A stretch of 37,664 nucleotides of DNA, taken from positions 174,123,319-174,160,982 of the forward strand of contig NC_068982.1 in assembly GCF_001194135.2 (NCBI RefSeq). The letters run 5' to 3'. The position numbers were made by a program, and so were the translations under genes. Every line of letters starts with the position of its first letter. Positions within the stretch are counted from its first letter, which is position 1. Below, one piece after another: positions 11,031 through 21,564 of this stretch. The notes under the pieces were generated by a model. That model was given only the letters and a program-made list of their open reading frames with translations, was not told where the DNA came from and ran no database searches. Source of the stretch: Octopus bimaculoides (Eukaryota).

Positions 11031-11348
11031 TTTTTTTTATTATATATATATANNNNNNNNNNNNNNNNNNNNNNNNNNNNNNNNNNNNNNNNNNNNNNNN
11101 NNNNNNNNNNNNNNNNNNNNNNNNNNNNNNNNNNNNNNNNNNNNNNNNNNNNNNNNNNNNNNNNNNNNNNNNNNNATATATATATATATATATAATGAGT
11201 TAAAAATATATAATGAGTGCTCAAGCAAACGGGAAACAGACACAGATGGTCGCCACATTCTCATTAATTATCGGCCAGAGAGTCAACCGCAATTTTGCGC
11301 TTAACCGATATATATGTGTGTGCCTGTCTGTCTGTCTGTCTGTCCGTG

Positions 11349-11382
<34 letters not shown>

Positions 11383-11389
11383 TGTATGT

Positions 11390-11540
11390 ACAATGGCCTT
11401 CCACGTAGCTTCTGTCTATTAAATTCCTTCACAAGACATTCGTTGGCCCAGTGCTACAATAGAAGACACTTGCAGAAGATGTCACACAGTAAACTGAGCC
11501 GAAACCACGTGGTTGCATAGCGTGCGTCTTAATTACACTC
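11390..11540 (-). mobile_element. SINE family A/B, 5' half, diverged
   Basis: tagaagacacttgc..aagatgtcacacagt..aactgagccgaaaccacgtggttg is the reverse complement of the head and core. Confidence 0.7.
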
Positions 11541-13130
11541 TACAATTAATACATTAGTAACAAAAAGCAAAAACTAGTCACAAAAATAAGTATAAAATGG
11601 AGATATTGTCTCCAAGATAAACAGGTGACATTGCTATAGATTGGAAAATTAATTATTTATCACAGCATCCTCATAAACATATGTCTAACCATTGGATACA
11701 TGTATGATAATTGTTATATAATAACTCAGGCATACCATCATCTTAATTTATTAAATATATAGAAAATGTTTCTTTGCTTTACATTCTTCCAGTACACTTT
11801 CTACTATTTCTGTCGTTTTATTAACAGTCAATCATTCATATGACTTCCGGAAGTAAGCAAGTGGCTCACTAAGAAATTAACTGTCTGCATTCATTATAGA
11901 CTCACTGTTTACGCGCACCCACACTCACACACACATATATACAAGCATACATTCATATGTAGGTATAAAGCTCGTCCGCAGCTATTGGCTACCAAACGTA
12001 ATCAAAGAGTGGGAATATTCCTGTCACAGGATGTACGTCTGAAATTCCAGAGTAACCGTAGAGCTTATGCAAAGAATTGTATGTTCACCAGACGCACACA
12101 CACACATATGTATGTATGTATGTATGTGTGTATGTATGTATGTATGTATGTGTGTATATATGTATGTATGCATGTATGTATGTATGTATGCAAGTATGCA
12201 TATACATGCACGCGCTTTTCGTGCGTTGGCAGATATTAACGCACGAAACACTCAGCCCTTGAATCATTTTGTAACATCTGCGGTTTATGAATAAAATATA
12301 TATACATGCTCGTGTTTTGAGTTCTAGTTCCCTGTATGCATCGCNNNNNNNNNNNNNNNNNNNNNNNNNNNNNNNNNNNNNNNNNNNNNNNNNNNNNNNN
12401 NNNNNNNNNNNNNNNNNNNNNNNNNNNNNNNNNNNNNNNNNNNNNNNNNNNNNNNNNNNNNNNNNNNNNNNNNNNNNNNNNNNNNNNNNNNNNNNNNNNN
12501 NNNNNNNNNNNNNNNNNNNNNNNNNNNNNNNNNNNNNNNNNNNNNNNNNNNNNNNNNNNNNNNNNNNNNNNNNNNNNNNNNNNNNNNNNNNNNNNNNNNN
12601 NNNNNNNNNNNNNNNNNNNNNNNNNNNNNNNNNNNNNNNNNNNNNNNNNNNNNNNNNNNNNNNNNNNNNNNNNNNNNNNNNNNNNNNNNNNNNNNNNNNN
12701 NNNNNNNNNNNNNNNNNNNNNNNNNNNNNNNNNNNNNNNNNNNNNNNNNNNNNNNNNNNNNNNNNNNNNNNNNNNNNNNNNNNNNNNNNNNNNNNNNNNN
12801 NNNNNNNNNNNNNNNNNNNNNNNNNNNNNNNNNNNNNNNNNNNNNNNNNNNNNNNNNNNNNNNNNNNNNNNNNNNNNNNNNNNNNNNNNNNNNNNNNNNN
12901 NNNNNNNNNNNNNNNNNNNNNNNNNNNNNNNNNNNNNNNNNNNNNNNNNNNNNNNNNNNNNNNNNNNNNNNNNNNNNNNNNNNNNNNNNNNNNNNNNNNN
13001 NNNNNNNNNNNNNNNNNNNNNNNNNNNNNNNNNNNNNNNNNNNNNNNNNNNNNNNNNNNNNNNNNNNNNNNNNNNNNNNNNNNNNNNNNNNNNNNTATAT
13101 ATGTATGTGTGTGTATATGTTTGTGTCTGT

Positions 13131-13326
13131 GTTTGTCTCCGCAACATCGCTTGACAACCGATGCTGGTGTGTTTGCGTCCCCGTAACTTAGCGGTTCGGC
13201 AAAAGTGACCGATAGAATAAGTACTAGGCTTACAAAGAATAAGTCCTGGGGTTTGATTTGCTCGACTAAAGACTGTGCTCCAGCGTGGCCGCAGTCAAAT
13301 GACTGAAACAAGTGAAAAAGAAAGAG
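13131..13326 (+). mobile_element. SINE family A/B, 3' half (5' half probably in the N gap)
   Basis: Near-identical to 24090-24290. Confidence 0.9.
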
Positions 13327-13328
13327 AA

Positions 13329-13370
<42 letters not shown>

Positions 13371-14128
13371 GCACACACACATTGCGAGTGTGGTGATGGT
13401 AGACAACGATGGTCTGTCGCGTACAGGTTTTATGTAGAAATAACTTCAGAAAGGTGGGCAGGTAATAAGAACTAGACCAAACAAAGCACCCGCCAAAACG
13501 TTTTTACTAATGCTGAGTTTATAAAGAATTAAATGTTTAGACGACAATATGCAATCATAGTATTTACTGTCAGAGATTTCCAATTCTAACCTTGCTTGGC
13601 CTCCTTGTCTTGTCTTTACATCAAAATCAGAATTATACTTCCTGACTTCAATGAAGAATGTTACCATATTTGGTTAGCAAACACACACACTTACAAACAA
13701 ACACACACACTTACAAACAAACACACACACTTACAAACACACACACACACACGTACACACACACACACACACACACGTACACACAGAAATCCACACCACA
13801 CACACGCTCACATACACACACGTGTATACATACTCACACATATACACAAACGTACACTCGTACATAAACACATCCAAACACACATACACACAGACACACA
13901 CGCTCACAGCTGCTCACTTAAGATAACATTCACAACAAAAAGAAAAAGAAAAGAAAATAAATAAATAAACGTCTGATTTGTTTTATCTGACCTTTAAGCT
14001 TATTCTTTGCGAATAAGATTATGAGATATTTTTCTTATTCCTGTTTGATATTTCAATGTAAGGACAAGTAGTCATGCAAACAGAGCAGATTGTAAAATAC
14101 TGAGTTTATACAGCACNNNNNNNNNNTG

Positions 14129-14174
<46 letters not shown>

Positions 14175-14199
14175 TAAAGCTCTGTTGTTGCTGTTGTTG

Positions 14200-14390
14200 T
14201 TGTTTAGGCTCCAGTCAACCATATCCGAGCAGACCTCTGACCAAAATGCTAACCAACCGTAACCATCTATGCTTTGGCTTTATTTAGAGTTTCTTTTCTA
14301 AGAGGATGGGTTTTAATTTCGGGGAGATGTGGCTGCTAGTTTTAGCAGATGTAGTGATAATGTTGATGACTGACCTACATGTTTTTTAAA
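14200..14390 (+). mobile_element. Family G interspersed repeat (SINE-like)
   Basis: gttgtttaggctccagtcaacc..gagcagacct..ggggagatgtggctgctagttttagcag, shared with 6440-6620 and 27871-28069. Confidence 0.6.
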
Positions 14391-14574
14391 GTTCAGACAT
14401 AATTTAGGCCACCTATTCCAGGTGGTGGTGACGATGGAGGTGGGGGGCGCGGTGACAAAATTTTATGAGCCGTAACATTGTAGATTTGCTGCATTTGACA
14501 GATCATTTTGCTACCAAGACAAAACAAATCAATATTTTACTTAGAACCATCGCAGTACTTAGAGTGCTGTATAG

Positions 14575-14645
14575 TCTTCTTCTTCTTCTTCTTCTTCTTC
14601 TTCTTCTTCTTCTTCTTCTTCTTCTTCTTCTTCTTCTTCTTCTTC
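14575..14645. repeat. (CTT)n microsatellite, the LINE 3' tail
   Basis: About 24 perfect units directly abutting the LINE 3' end. Confidence 0.95.
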
Positions 14646-15290
14646 ATTAGAATGTCCTAAATGTAGGAAATTGGTGATCATGTCCTGTCACAATTCCTTG
14701 TTCTATGTTTTCTGTAACAGTTCCAATTCCTGATGTCTAATTCCTCTTTCTTCTAATCAGTTCGTCAATGCCCTCTTTCCTCATTACATGACCAAGAAAT
14801 CTCAGTTGCTTGACCCTTATCTCTCGAAGCAGTTTCCTATTTACCGCAGCCCGGCTCATCACTCCTTCATTAGACACTTTGTCCATGCTATCCTCAATAT
14901 TCTCTTTAAGAACAGCATTTCACAGCTCTCCAAGCACCTTCTCATTTCTGATGTTATAGATCAAGCCTCACTTCCATACATTAATACAGGGTAGACACAA
15001 CAGTTCAATATACAAATCCTGGTCTTCACGCTCAGAGTATGATTTCTCAAGTCGTTATACAATTTTGAGAATGCAGATTTTGTTAGTACTATTCGTCTTT
15101 TAATTTCCTTCACACACCTTGCTTTCTTTTGTGAACAAAGTTCCAAGCTAGTTGAAGGATGATACCTGCTTAATTATTTGATTGCTCACTTTCAGTATGC
15201 CCTTTAAGCTTCCCGTTTTTGTCACCATTATATAGTCTGTCTTCTTGCAATTTATGAACAGACCCTTCACACTTTTTCTGGCCACTTCCT
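14575..15290 (-). mobile_element. 5'-truncated RTE-clade LINE: reverse transcriptase C-terminus with (GAA)n tail
   Basis: Minus-strand translation gives GLFINCKKTDYIM...IKQVSSFN*LGT...EIKRRIVLTKSAFSKL...LSVKTRICILNCCVYPVLMYGSEA*...LESCEMLFLKRILRIAW...FLGHVMRKEG, matching the RTE-type RT 3' region. It contains stops and frameshifts and ends in (GAA)n. Confidence 0.85.
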
Positions 15291-15689
15291 AAAAGTAATA
15301 TCTAATTAGCTCTTCGTACATATATACAAGTATTATCCCGTTTCCTTACTTTGTTCTACATAGGTTGATGTGAATTTTCAGAATTTTCAGAAGGGCTGTA
15401 AAATAGACAGAATTGTTTAACAGGTTAATAATGTTTTATAGTACTTACATAGAAATTTGGCATGTCAATAGACTGACGTGAGTTCAACTTCATCAGAGTT
15501 GAGTTAAATACATTTTCAACCGCATGCAGTATTGAACAGTTTACATCTAAACATTACTTTGATCGACTTTCACTCCCATCTTTTTAGGATTAAGTACAGT
15601 TATAAACATACAATGTATGCTTTCGTAAGTCTAGCCATATTTGATATGTGTATGCGCGACTGTTTTCATGTGGTCCTATATTAAAATTG

Positions 15690-15840
15690 TAGATTTTAAC
15701 CCTAGTGTTTGTTCAACTCAACCACAGCAAGCACATAAAGAAACAAGAGTGTATCTGCTACTTTATTTTTTCCACCCTGGAAGTATGAAAGTTAAAGTTA
15801 ACCCCGGTGAATATTGAACACAGAACGTCAAGAGCTGGAA
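15690..15840 (-). mobile_element. SINE family C, highly diverged
   Basis: ccaccctggaagtatgaaagttaaagttaaccccggtgaatattgaacacagaacg resembles the reverse complement of the family C body. Confidence 0.5.
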
Positions 15841-15842
15841 GA

Positions 15843-16060
15843 AGGCAGTAGTTTGGCAGAATCGTAGAGCGTCGGAAAAAATAATTCGTTCCCTTTCTCC
15901 AGTCTCTTTACGTGCTAAATCCAAAACCTATTGAGAACAACATAGCCTTTCAACCTTACGAGTAAGTAAAATAAAGTATTGCTTAACTAATGGGGTTAAT
16001 GATATCGACTAATTACACCCTAAAAATTGCTGGTCATGTGCCTGAATTAGAAATAACTAT
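15843..16060 (+). mobile_element. SINE family C, highly diverged
   Basis: ggcagtagtttggcagaatcgtagagcgtcgg...gcctttcaacc..taaaataaagta..tggggt..atcgact..aaaattgctggtcatgtgcct. Confidence 0.55.
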
Positions 16061-16199
16061 AATTATTTGATTGTTTCTGAGGCTTTTATATTCAACAGAT
16101 GATGCTTTGTTCTGGTGGTTAGTTTGCAGAACAGAACTTTGATCTTTTTGTTTCGATTCCTCAGCGGAAGACGAATTAGCTTATTAATTAGATTGTTAA

Positions 16200-16320
16200 A
16201 TATAATGCCTTGCGACATTTTTTCTGACTCTCTTCGCTCTAAGTTCGAATCCTGCTGAAGTGAACTTTGCCTTTTATCTTTATGAAGGTCGATGAAAAAG
16301 TACCAATTCAGGGTGATGTA
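16200..16320 (+). mobile_element. SINE family C fragment
   Basis: aagttcgaatcc (B box) followed by gaactttgccttttatc..ggtcgatgaaaagtacca. Confidence 0.55.
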
Positions 16321-16749
16321 TTAGGGGATATTTATTTCTTTTCCTGGCGTTCTGGTTTCAAATACCGCACTAGCTCACGTTGTTGGCTGCCCGGTTTAAT
16401 GACCCCATTTGTTTCTTGGGAATCTTGAGCGGAGTTCATTTTGTTGTAAGCATTGGAGCTAGGTCTCGAGTTTGAGGATGAATTTTACCTTCCATCCCAC
16501 TAATCTCGGAAGCACTATTAAAGGTCATGGGCACTTCTTTTATAACTGAGAAGGAAATTTTCTTTTGCAAAACTGTTCAATTTGTTCTCACGTTCTTGCT
16601 TAATCCTAAGTCAGTCGTGAGCAAACGAATTTAGTATTAAAGGTTATAGTAACCACCACACTATAAATTTCTGGTCATATGTATACATTTCCATATTATT
16701 AAATGAGTCATTCCGTTTTCAGACAGTAAGCTGTCATCTAAGGGAGATT

Positions 16750-16835
16750 TGTCGAGTAACAAGTGATTAAGAGCGCGGGCTACTAACCCCAAGATTCCAA
16801 GTTCGATTCCAGGCAGTGACCTGAATAATAATAAC

Positions 16836-16884
<49 letters not shown>

Positions 16885-17057
16885 GTAATGATAATAATAA
16901 TAATTACATCGAAAAATACCTTAGGATGAGAACCCAGGTTCGGAATTTCGCCCAAGACACCTGATGAAGGCTGGAGGGTATATCAGCCGAAATGTTGTGT
17001 TAACAACAAACAAGATGAGGACAAATATCCGTCAAATGTAAATAATGTAAATAATGT
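16750..17057 (+). mobile_element. Family D: tRNA-headed SINE with internal (AAT)n, a hammerhead motif and a short tandem tail
   Basis: B box GTTCGATTCC at 16801-16810 and an anticodon-like loop ggg-CTACTAA-ccc. (AAT)n at 16824-16905, hammerhead at 16956-17001, tail aatgtaaataatgtaaataatgt. Confidence 0.75.
16956..17001 (+). ncRNA. Minimal type I hammerhead ribozyme motif (best-preserved copy)
   Basis: GACAC CUGAUGA A GGCUG-gaggguauau-CAGCC GAAA U GU U GUGUU. Stem I is 5 bp (one G-U) and stem II is 5 perfect bp. Both core boxes are intact. Stem III is reduced to A-U plus U-G with no loop, and the predicted cleavage site is GUU. Confidence 0.7.
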
Positions 17058-17202
17058 TTGTTTTTTATATTATAATAAAAACAATCTTACGTTAAATTGA
17101 AGTATTACTCAAGACATATGAAAGAGTGCAAATTTATAATTCGTTAACAATAATAATATTCATAGTAACTTCGAAGTTTCGGCCAAGCCACCATTGGACA
17201 GA

Positions 17203-17204
<2 letters not shown>

Positions 17205-17291
<87 letters not shown>
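17205..17291. repeat. (TG)n microsatellite
   Basis: Seen directly. Confidence 0.97.
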
Positions 17292-17294
<3 letters not shown>

Positions 17295-17831
17295 TATTTG
17301 TAGAATCCAAAATGACCGACATATTTTGATAACAAGGACACAAATGTAGAGCCGATGACAGCAAACCCGTCTATCAACAGTGTGTACAGACACTCATGTG
17401 TTTACTACGGCATATACGGATTGGTCATTCCAGTTACGTATACGTATGCTGGACGTATACGTAAAACCACACACTCAGGTATGCAGTCCACTGTCCACTT
17501 TAAGCTCAAGATTTAACACAGGGAAGGTTCCACTTGGCACCGAGACGAGCTTCAATATCCATTCTGTTTGTGTGAAAAAAATTCTTGCTAAATTTAACCT
17601 CAAGAAAACGCATTTTTATTTTTTACATGATGTAATTGATTTGTTCATCAATAAAAAACACGTCTGAAACAGCTGTAGTGAGCATCAGCCCATCTGTGAC
17701 AATACACACACATACATACATACATATATATATGTGTATATTTTTAACTTCACGCATGCGCATTGTTTTTGTTTTGTCAACTACTCTCTATAGTAGGGTC
17801 ACTTCGGCACCATCTGTGAGAAAACAACTCC

Positions 17832-18466
17832 ATGAAACAATTCACTCTGCCAGAAATTTGGAAACGACATGCTGTGTTGCTAGGCATTCGCGCCGGAAGC
17901 TCCAATATGAACATTTCAGAGTGTTTGGGTGTCAATCTGAGGAAAGTGCAGAGGATTCGGAAAGAGTTGGATAAGTCTAATAGTAATTACGAAGGTACGG
18001 CAGCTCGGAAAACTCACTCTGACGGTTCGGATAAAAAAGAACTCCTGAATTTGTCGGTGAGATCCAGGTCATGATTGACAACGATCTCTCCAAGTCAATC
18101 AGGTCCATCGCCGGTGTATTGGGAGTGTCTGAATTTCTTATCAGGCCGGTAGTGTATGAAGACATTCGGTATTCCTCATACACGATGAGAAAGGGCCAAT
18201 TTTTATCCCAAGCCATCAAGGACAAGAGGAAAGACTGCGTTACGAAGCTTTTAAACAAGCTCAAGCACCTCCTCCTACCTAACATGCTTTGGCTTTTCTC
18301 AGACGAGAAAAAATTCTGCCGGGATCAGATGGTGACCACACGGAACAACCGTTGGCACGTCATGTCCCCAAAACATGTTCCGAGAGTGATGAAAATCAAA
18401 CATCCAGTCAACATCATGGTGTTCGGAGTGATCACTAGTGATGGCAACGTTATGCCTCCATTCATT
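17832..18466 (+). pseudogene. Tc1/mariner-superfamily transposase pseudogene, DD37D/maT-like; N-terminal and first catalytic region
   Basis: Frame 1 gives an HTH-like ISECLGVNLRKVQRIRKEL. After a frameshift near 18045-18070: KSIRSIAGVLGVSEFLIR...RYSSYTMRKGQFLS...WLFSDEKKF..DQ...NNRW...KHPVNIMVFGVITSDGNVMPPFI. It is cut by (TA)n and a gap. The subfamily call comes from motif recall because the second and third catalytic residues are absent. Confidence 0.85.
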
Positions 18467-18741
18467 ATGTATGTACATGTGTATGTATATATATATATAT
18501 NNNNNNNNNNNNNNNNNNNNNNNNNNNNNNNNNNNNNNNNNNNNNNNNNNNNNNNNNNNNNNNNNNNNNNNNNNNNNNNNNNNNNNNNNNNNNNNNNNNN
18601 NNNNNNNNNNNNNNNNNNNNNNNNNNNNNNNNNNNNNNNNNNNNNNNNNNNNNATAATAGTTTATCAAGTAGCCAGCATGAAAAACCAGTTAAGGGAAAA
18701 TTTATACAAATAAAATAATTATTCAATTTAAATATATGCAT

Positions 18742-19296
18742 TATATTAAGTGCATTATTACACGTAAATGCCTCACGCTATAAGGGTCTCTTAAGGTCAA
18801 AACTATTTTAAAGTATTAGAAATATCGCATTTCTAAATCTCGTAAAGAGAGTTGTGTAGTAGCAGCACGATAAAGTGATGGTTTGTTGCCAACTTAATGT
18901 GGCAGTCCCAGAAAAGGAAAGAATGGTACTGCTATTTAGCCCCAAGAAACACCGTTTCTAGTTGGCTACGCGATACAAGCATTCTGTGTCTTTAAGCTTT
19001 GCAACAGGGGAGATGCTCCAAACTGATGAAGGGCAACTACCTTCAAAATAGTCTCTGAAAGCTGGCTTTGTTAGGTGGCGGTTCTTATCTCCCCTGCTTG
19101 AAAACTTAAGGACACAGAACGCTTGTGACGCGTAGCCAACTGAAAAGGGTGTTTCCTGGGGTTTAATAGCAGTAGCATTCTTCTCTTTCCAGGGACTGCC
19201 ACATTAAGTTGGCAACAAACCATCATTTTACTTTAAAGTAGTTTTGACTTTAAGAATCACTTATAGCGTGAGGCATTTACGTGTAGTAATGTCCTT

Positions 19297-19302
<6 letters not shown>
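18742..19302. mobile_element. 561-bp foldback element: long inverted arms around a 72-bp loop
   Basis: 18872-19014 matches the reverse complement of 19087-19229 with about 20 mismatches in 143 bp (hand count). The outer arms 18742-18814 and 19230-19302 also pair. The left arm carries ~57 extra bp. Confidence 0.9.
19015..19062 (+). ncRNA. Degenerate hammerhead-like motif in the foldback loop
   Basis: GCUCCAAA CUGAUGA AGG-gcaacua-CCU UC AAAA UA GUC UCUGAAAGC. CUGAUGA and a GUC triplet are present, GAAA is mutated, stem II register is ambiguous and stem I is partly mismatched. Confidence 0.4.
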
Positions 19303-19329
<27 letters not shown>

Positions 19330-20558
19330 CAATTGCAGCGTGGAAGGTGTTTATAAGCGTTTTCGTTCCAGCACACGATCTCAGATCAGGTCACTTGCTA
19401 TGCAAGTACATCTCCATATATATATATGTGAGTACAAGATCATTGGCGTATAAAGGCAGAGACGCAAAGTCGTTGTTGACGTTCGTACAATCTGTTAAGC
19501 TCTAAATTAATACGAAATTAATAAGTAGCGTGTAATCAATGAATGAATCAATTGTTTGCAGTTTTGGCTTCAGATGTCCCAAGTCCAATGTCCCATATCC
19601 CAAGTCCTATGTTCTAAGTCCAAAATAGACTCTTTCTAGTTAATATGATCGAATTGATCTGTTATTAATTATTGATGTTTTTTATTGTTGTTAATGTTTA
19701 GACCAAAGTTAGCCTAGATAAGGTAAATCAATGAACAAAGGCTTTTCCAGCAGTAACTAATTCGCTTCATTTTTTTTTTTTTTTCTGGAATAATATTATA
19801 TTATTAATAAAATAAGGTGACAAATTCCCGTCAGATCGAATGACCATAATAAAATCTCAATAGCGTATATAGGATTAGTGGCAATGACTTTTGTCGTTAT
19901 TAGACTTTCAGCATATTGAAAAAATAATTGTTCCTTTACATCTCTCTTGTGGCAGTAGATAACTTTGTTGATGCCGTAATATGTCAAGAACGAAGTCACT
20001 TAATTCTCAAAGGCTGAATCCACTTGCTATAATGAATAGTAGTGGATTGTAAATTTGCTACTGTAAAAGGAATTTGTTAGTGTTCAATATTGGATTCAAT
20101 TGCTCTCACGGGGGAATATTACGCTTGATAGGTTGGGTTTTCTATCAAGGAACAGTTTTATCTCTCATCGACGCACGTCAAAGAGCAACGAAGACAGCAG
20201 ACATTTGTCAAATTACACACTTTTGGCTATGTTTACTATCAGCATTGACTTCAAGTCAAAACATCTATTTATAGTTCCTTAAATTAGATTTCGCAGACAT
20301 TTTTATAAATTTATTGGTAACAAAGAAGACTGAACAAAAGTTTAAATGTGACATATTGACCACTAAATGTATATCAAAATTATATTCATTTCTTGTTTCA
20401 AGACAAGGGTTCATGTTACGGGGAAGTATATATACTAGATGCCACTTGATGCGACCGTCAGGCATCAGTCTGCCGACCGGCATTGTCGGGTACGGTCGTA
20501 CTGCCACGTGGCGCGTCTTTCTTTTGCAGTGCTTCTCACCTCTTCGTCAATTTTTGCG

Positions 20559-20808
20559 ATGGCTGAAACGTAGAAACAGCGTTCTTCCGTGAAATTCTGT
20601 TTTCTGCTGGCGAAAACGGTAGTCGAAACAGTTGTCATGCTTCAAACAGCTTACATGCTACGACCAAAACACAAGCTTGCGAGTAGTTTCCACGCTTTAG
20701 GAATGGGCATTTGTTGCTTGAAGACCAACTTCGTTGAATGAAAATATGAAAATTCATGAACTGATCTTGGAGGACCATCACAGAACATTTGACGAATTTG
20801 TTGATATA

Positions 20809-20873
<65 letters not shown>

Positions 20874-21201
20874 GTGGTGTGTCCTGGAGCTTCTACCATC
20901 GAATTTTGAGCGAGGAATTGCGAATGAAAAGAGTTACAGAAAAATTAGTACCTCGCTTCCTCACAGAAGATCAAAAGCAGCCACGAATGAATGCGTGTTT
21001 CGAAGGTTATCACTGGTGACGAAAGATGGTGCTACGGAATTTGAAGATGTGGAAGAATTGAAGAAAAAAACGATGAAAGCGTTAAAAGTCATCACTTCGC
21101 AAGAGTCCCAGTATTGCTTCCAACAGTGGAAAACGCATCTGGACCGATGCATTGCTTCAAATAGAGAGTGCTTTGAAGGCGATAAAAGCGTAAACGTGTG
21201 A
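20559..21201 (+). pseudogene. Internally deleted mariner transposase relic
   Basis: MAET*KQRSSVKFCFLLAKTVVETVVMLQTAY...HELILEDHHRTFDEFVD-(TA)n-GVSWSFYHRILSEELRMKRVTEKLVPRFLTEDQKQPRMNAC then jumps directly to EFEDVEELKKKTMKALKVI...YCFQQWKTHLDRCIASNRECFEGD. The catalytic DD34D core is missing. Confidence 0.85.
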
Positions 21202-21351
21202 AAAACTAAGTGAATAAAATGATACACCCTCATTTATATATTATAGTACTATATATACATATATGTTCACATTAAGATCTGAAATAGAAGATCTCTACCC
21301 TGATGACAGAATCGCCTTATCCAATGTTAACTGTATCCATACGACCGCATA

Positions 21352-21564
21352 TTCTTTTCTACTCTAGGTACAAGGTCCGAAATTTTGTGAGAGGGAGCTA
21401 GTCGATTAGATCAACCCTAGTATGCAACTGGTTCTTAATTTGTCCACCCCGAAAGGATTAAAGCAAAGTCGACCTCGGCGGAATTTGATCTCAGAACGTA
21501 AAGACAGATGAAGTACCGCTAAGCATTTCTTTCCGTGTGCTAAATTTTCTGCCAGTTCGACGCC
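21352..21564 (-). mobile_element. tRNA-derived SINE family C, full length
   Basis: The reverse complement runs from the ggcgtcgaactggcag head through gagatcaaattcc to the ccttgtacctagagtagaaaag tail. Confidence 0.9.

Noticed and set aside
15480-15505. Minus-strand CTGATGA enclosed by a CAACT/AGTTG stem
   Set aside because: No downstream stem II or GAAA, so probably chance. Box C/D snoRNA context is also absent.
20452-20512. Nested hairpins (CGACCGT/ACGGTCG, CCGAC/GTCGG) and the palindrome GCCACGTGGC
   Set aside because: They lie just upstream of the mariner relic ATG and are most simply its 5' subterminal sequence.
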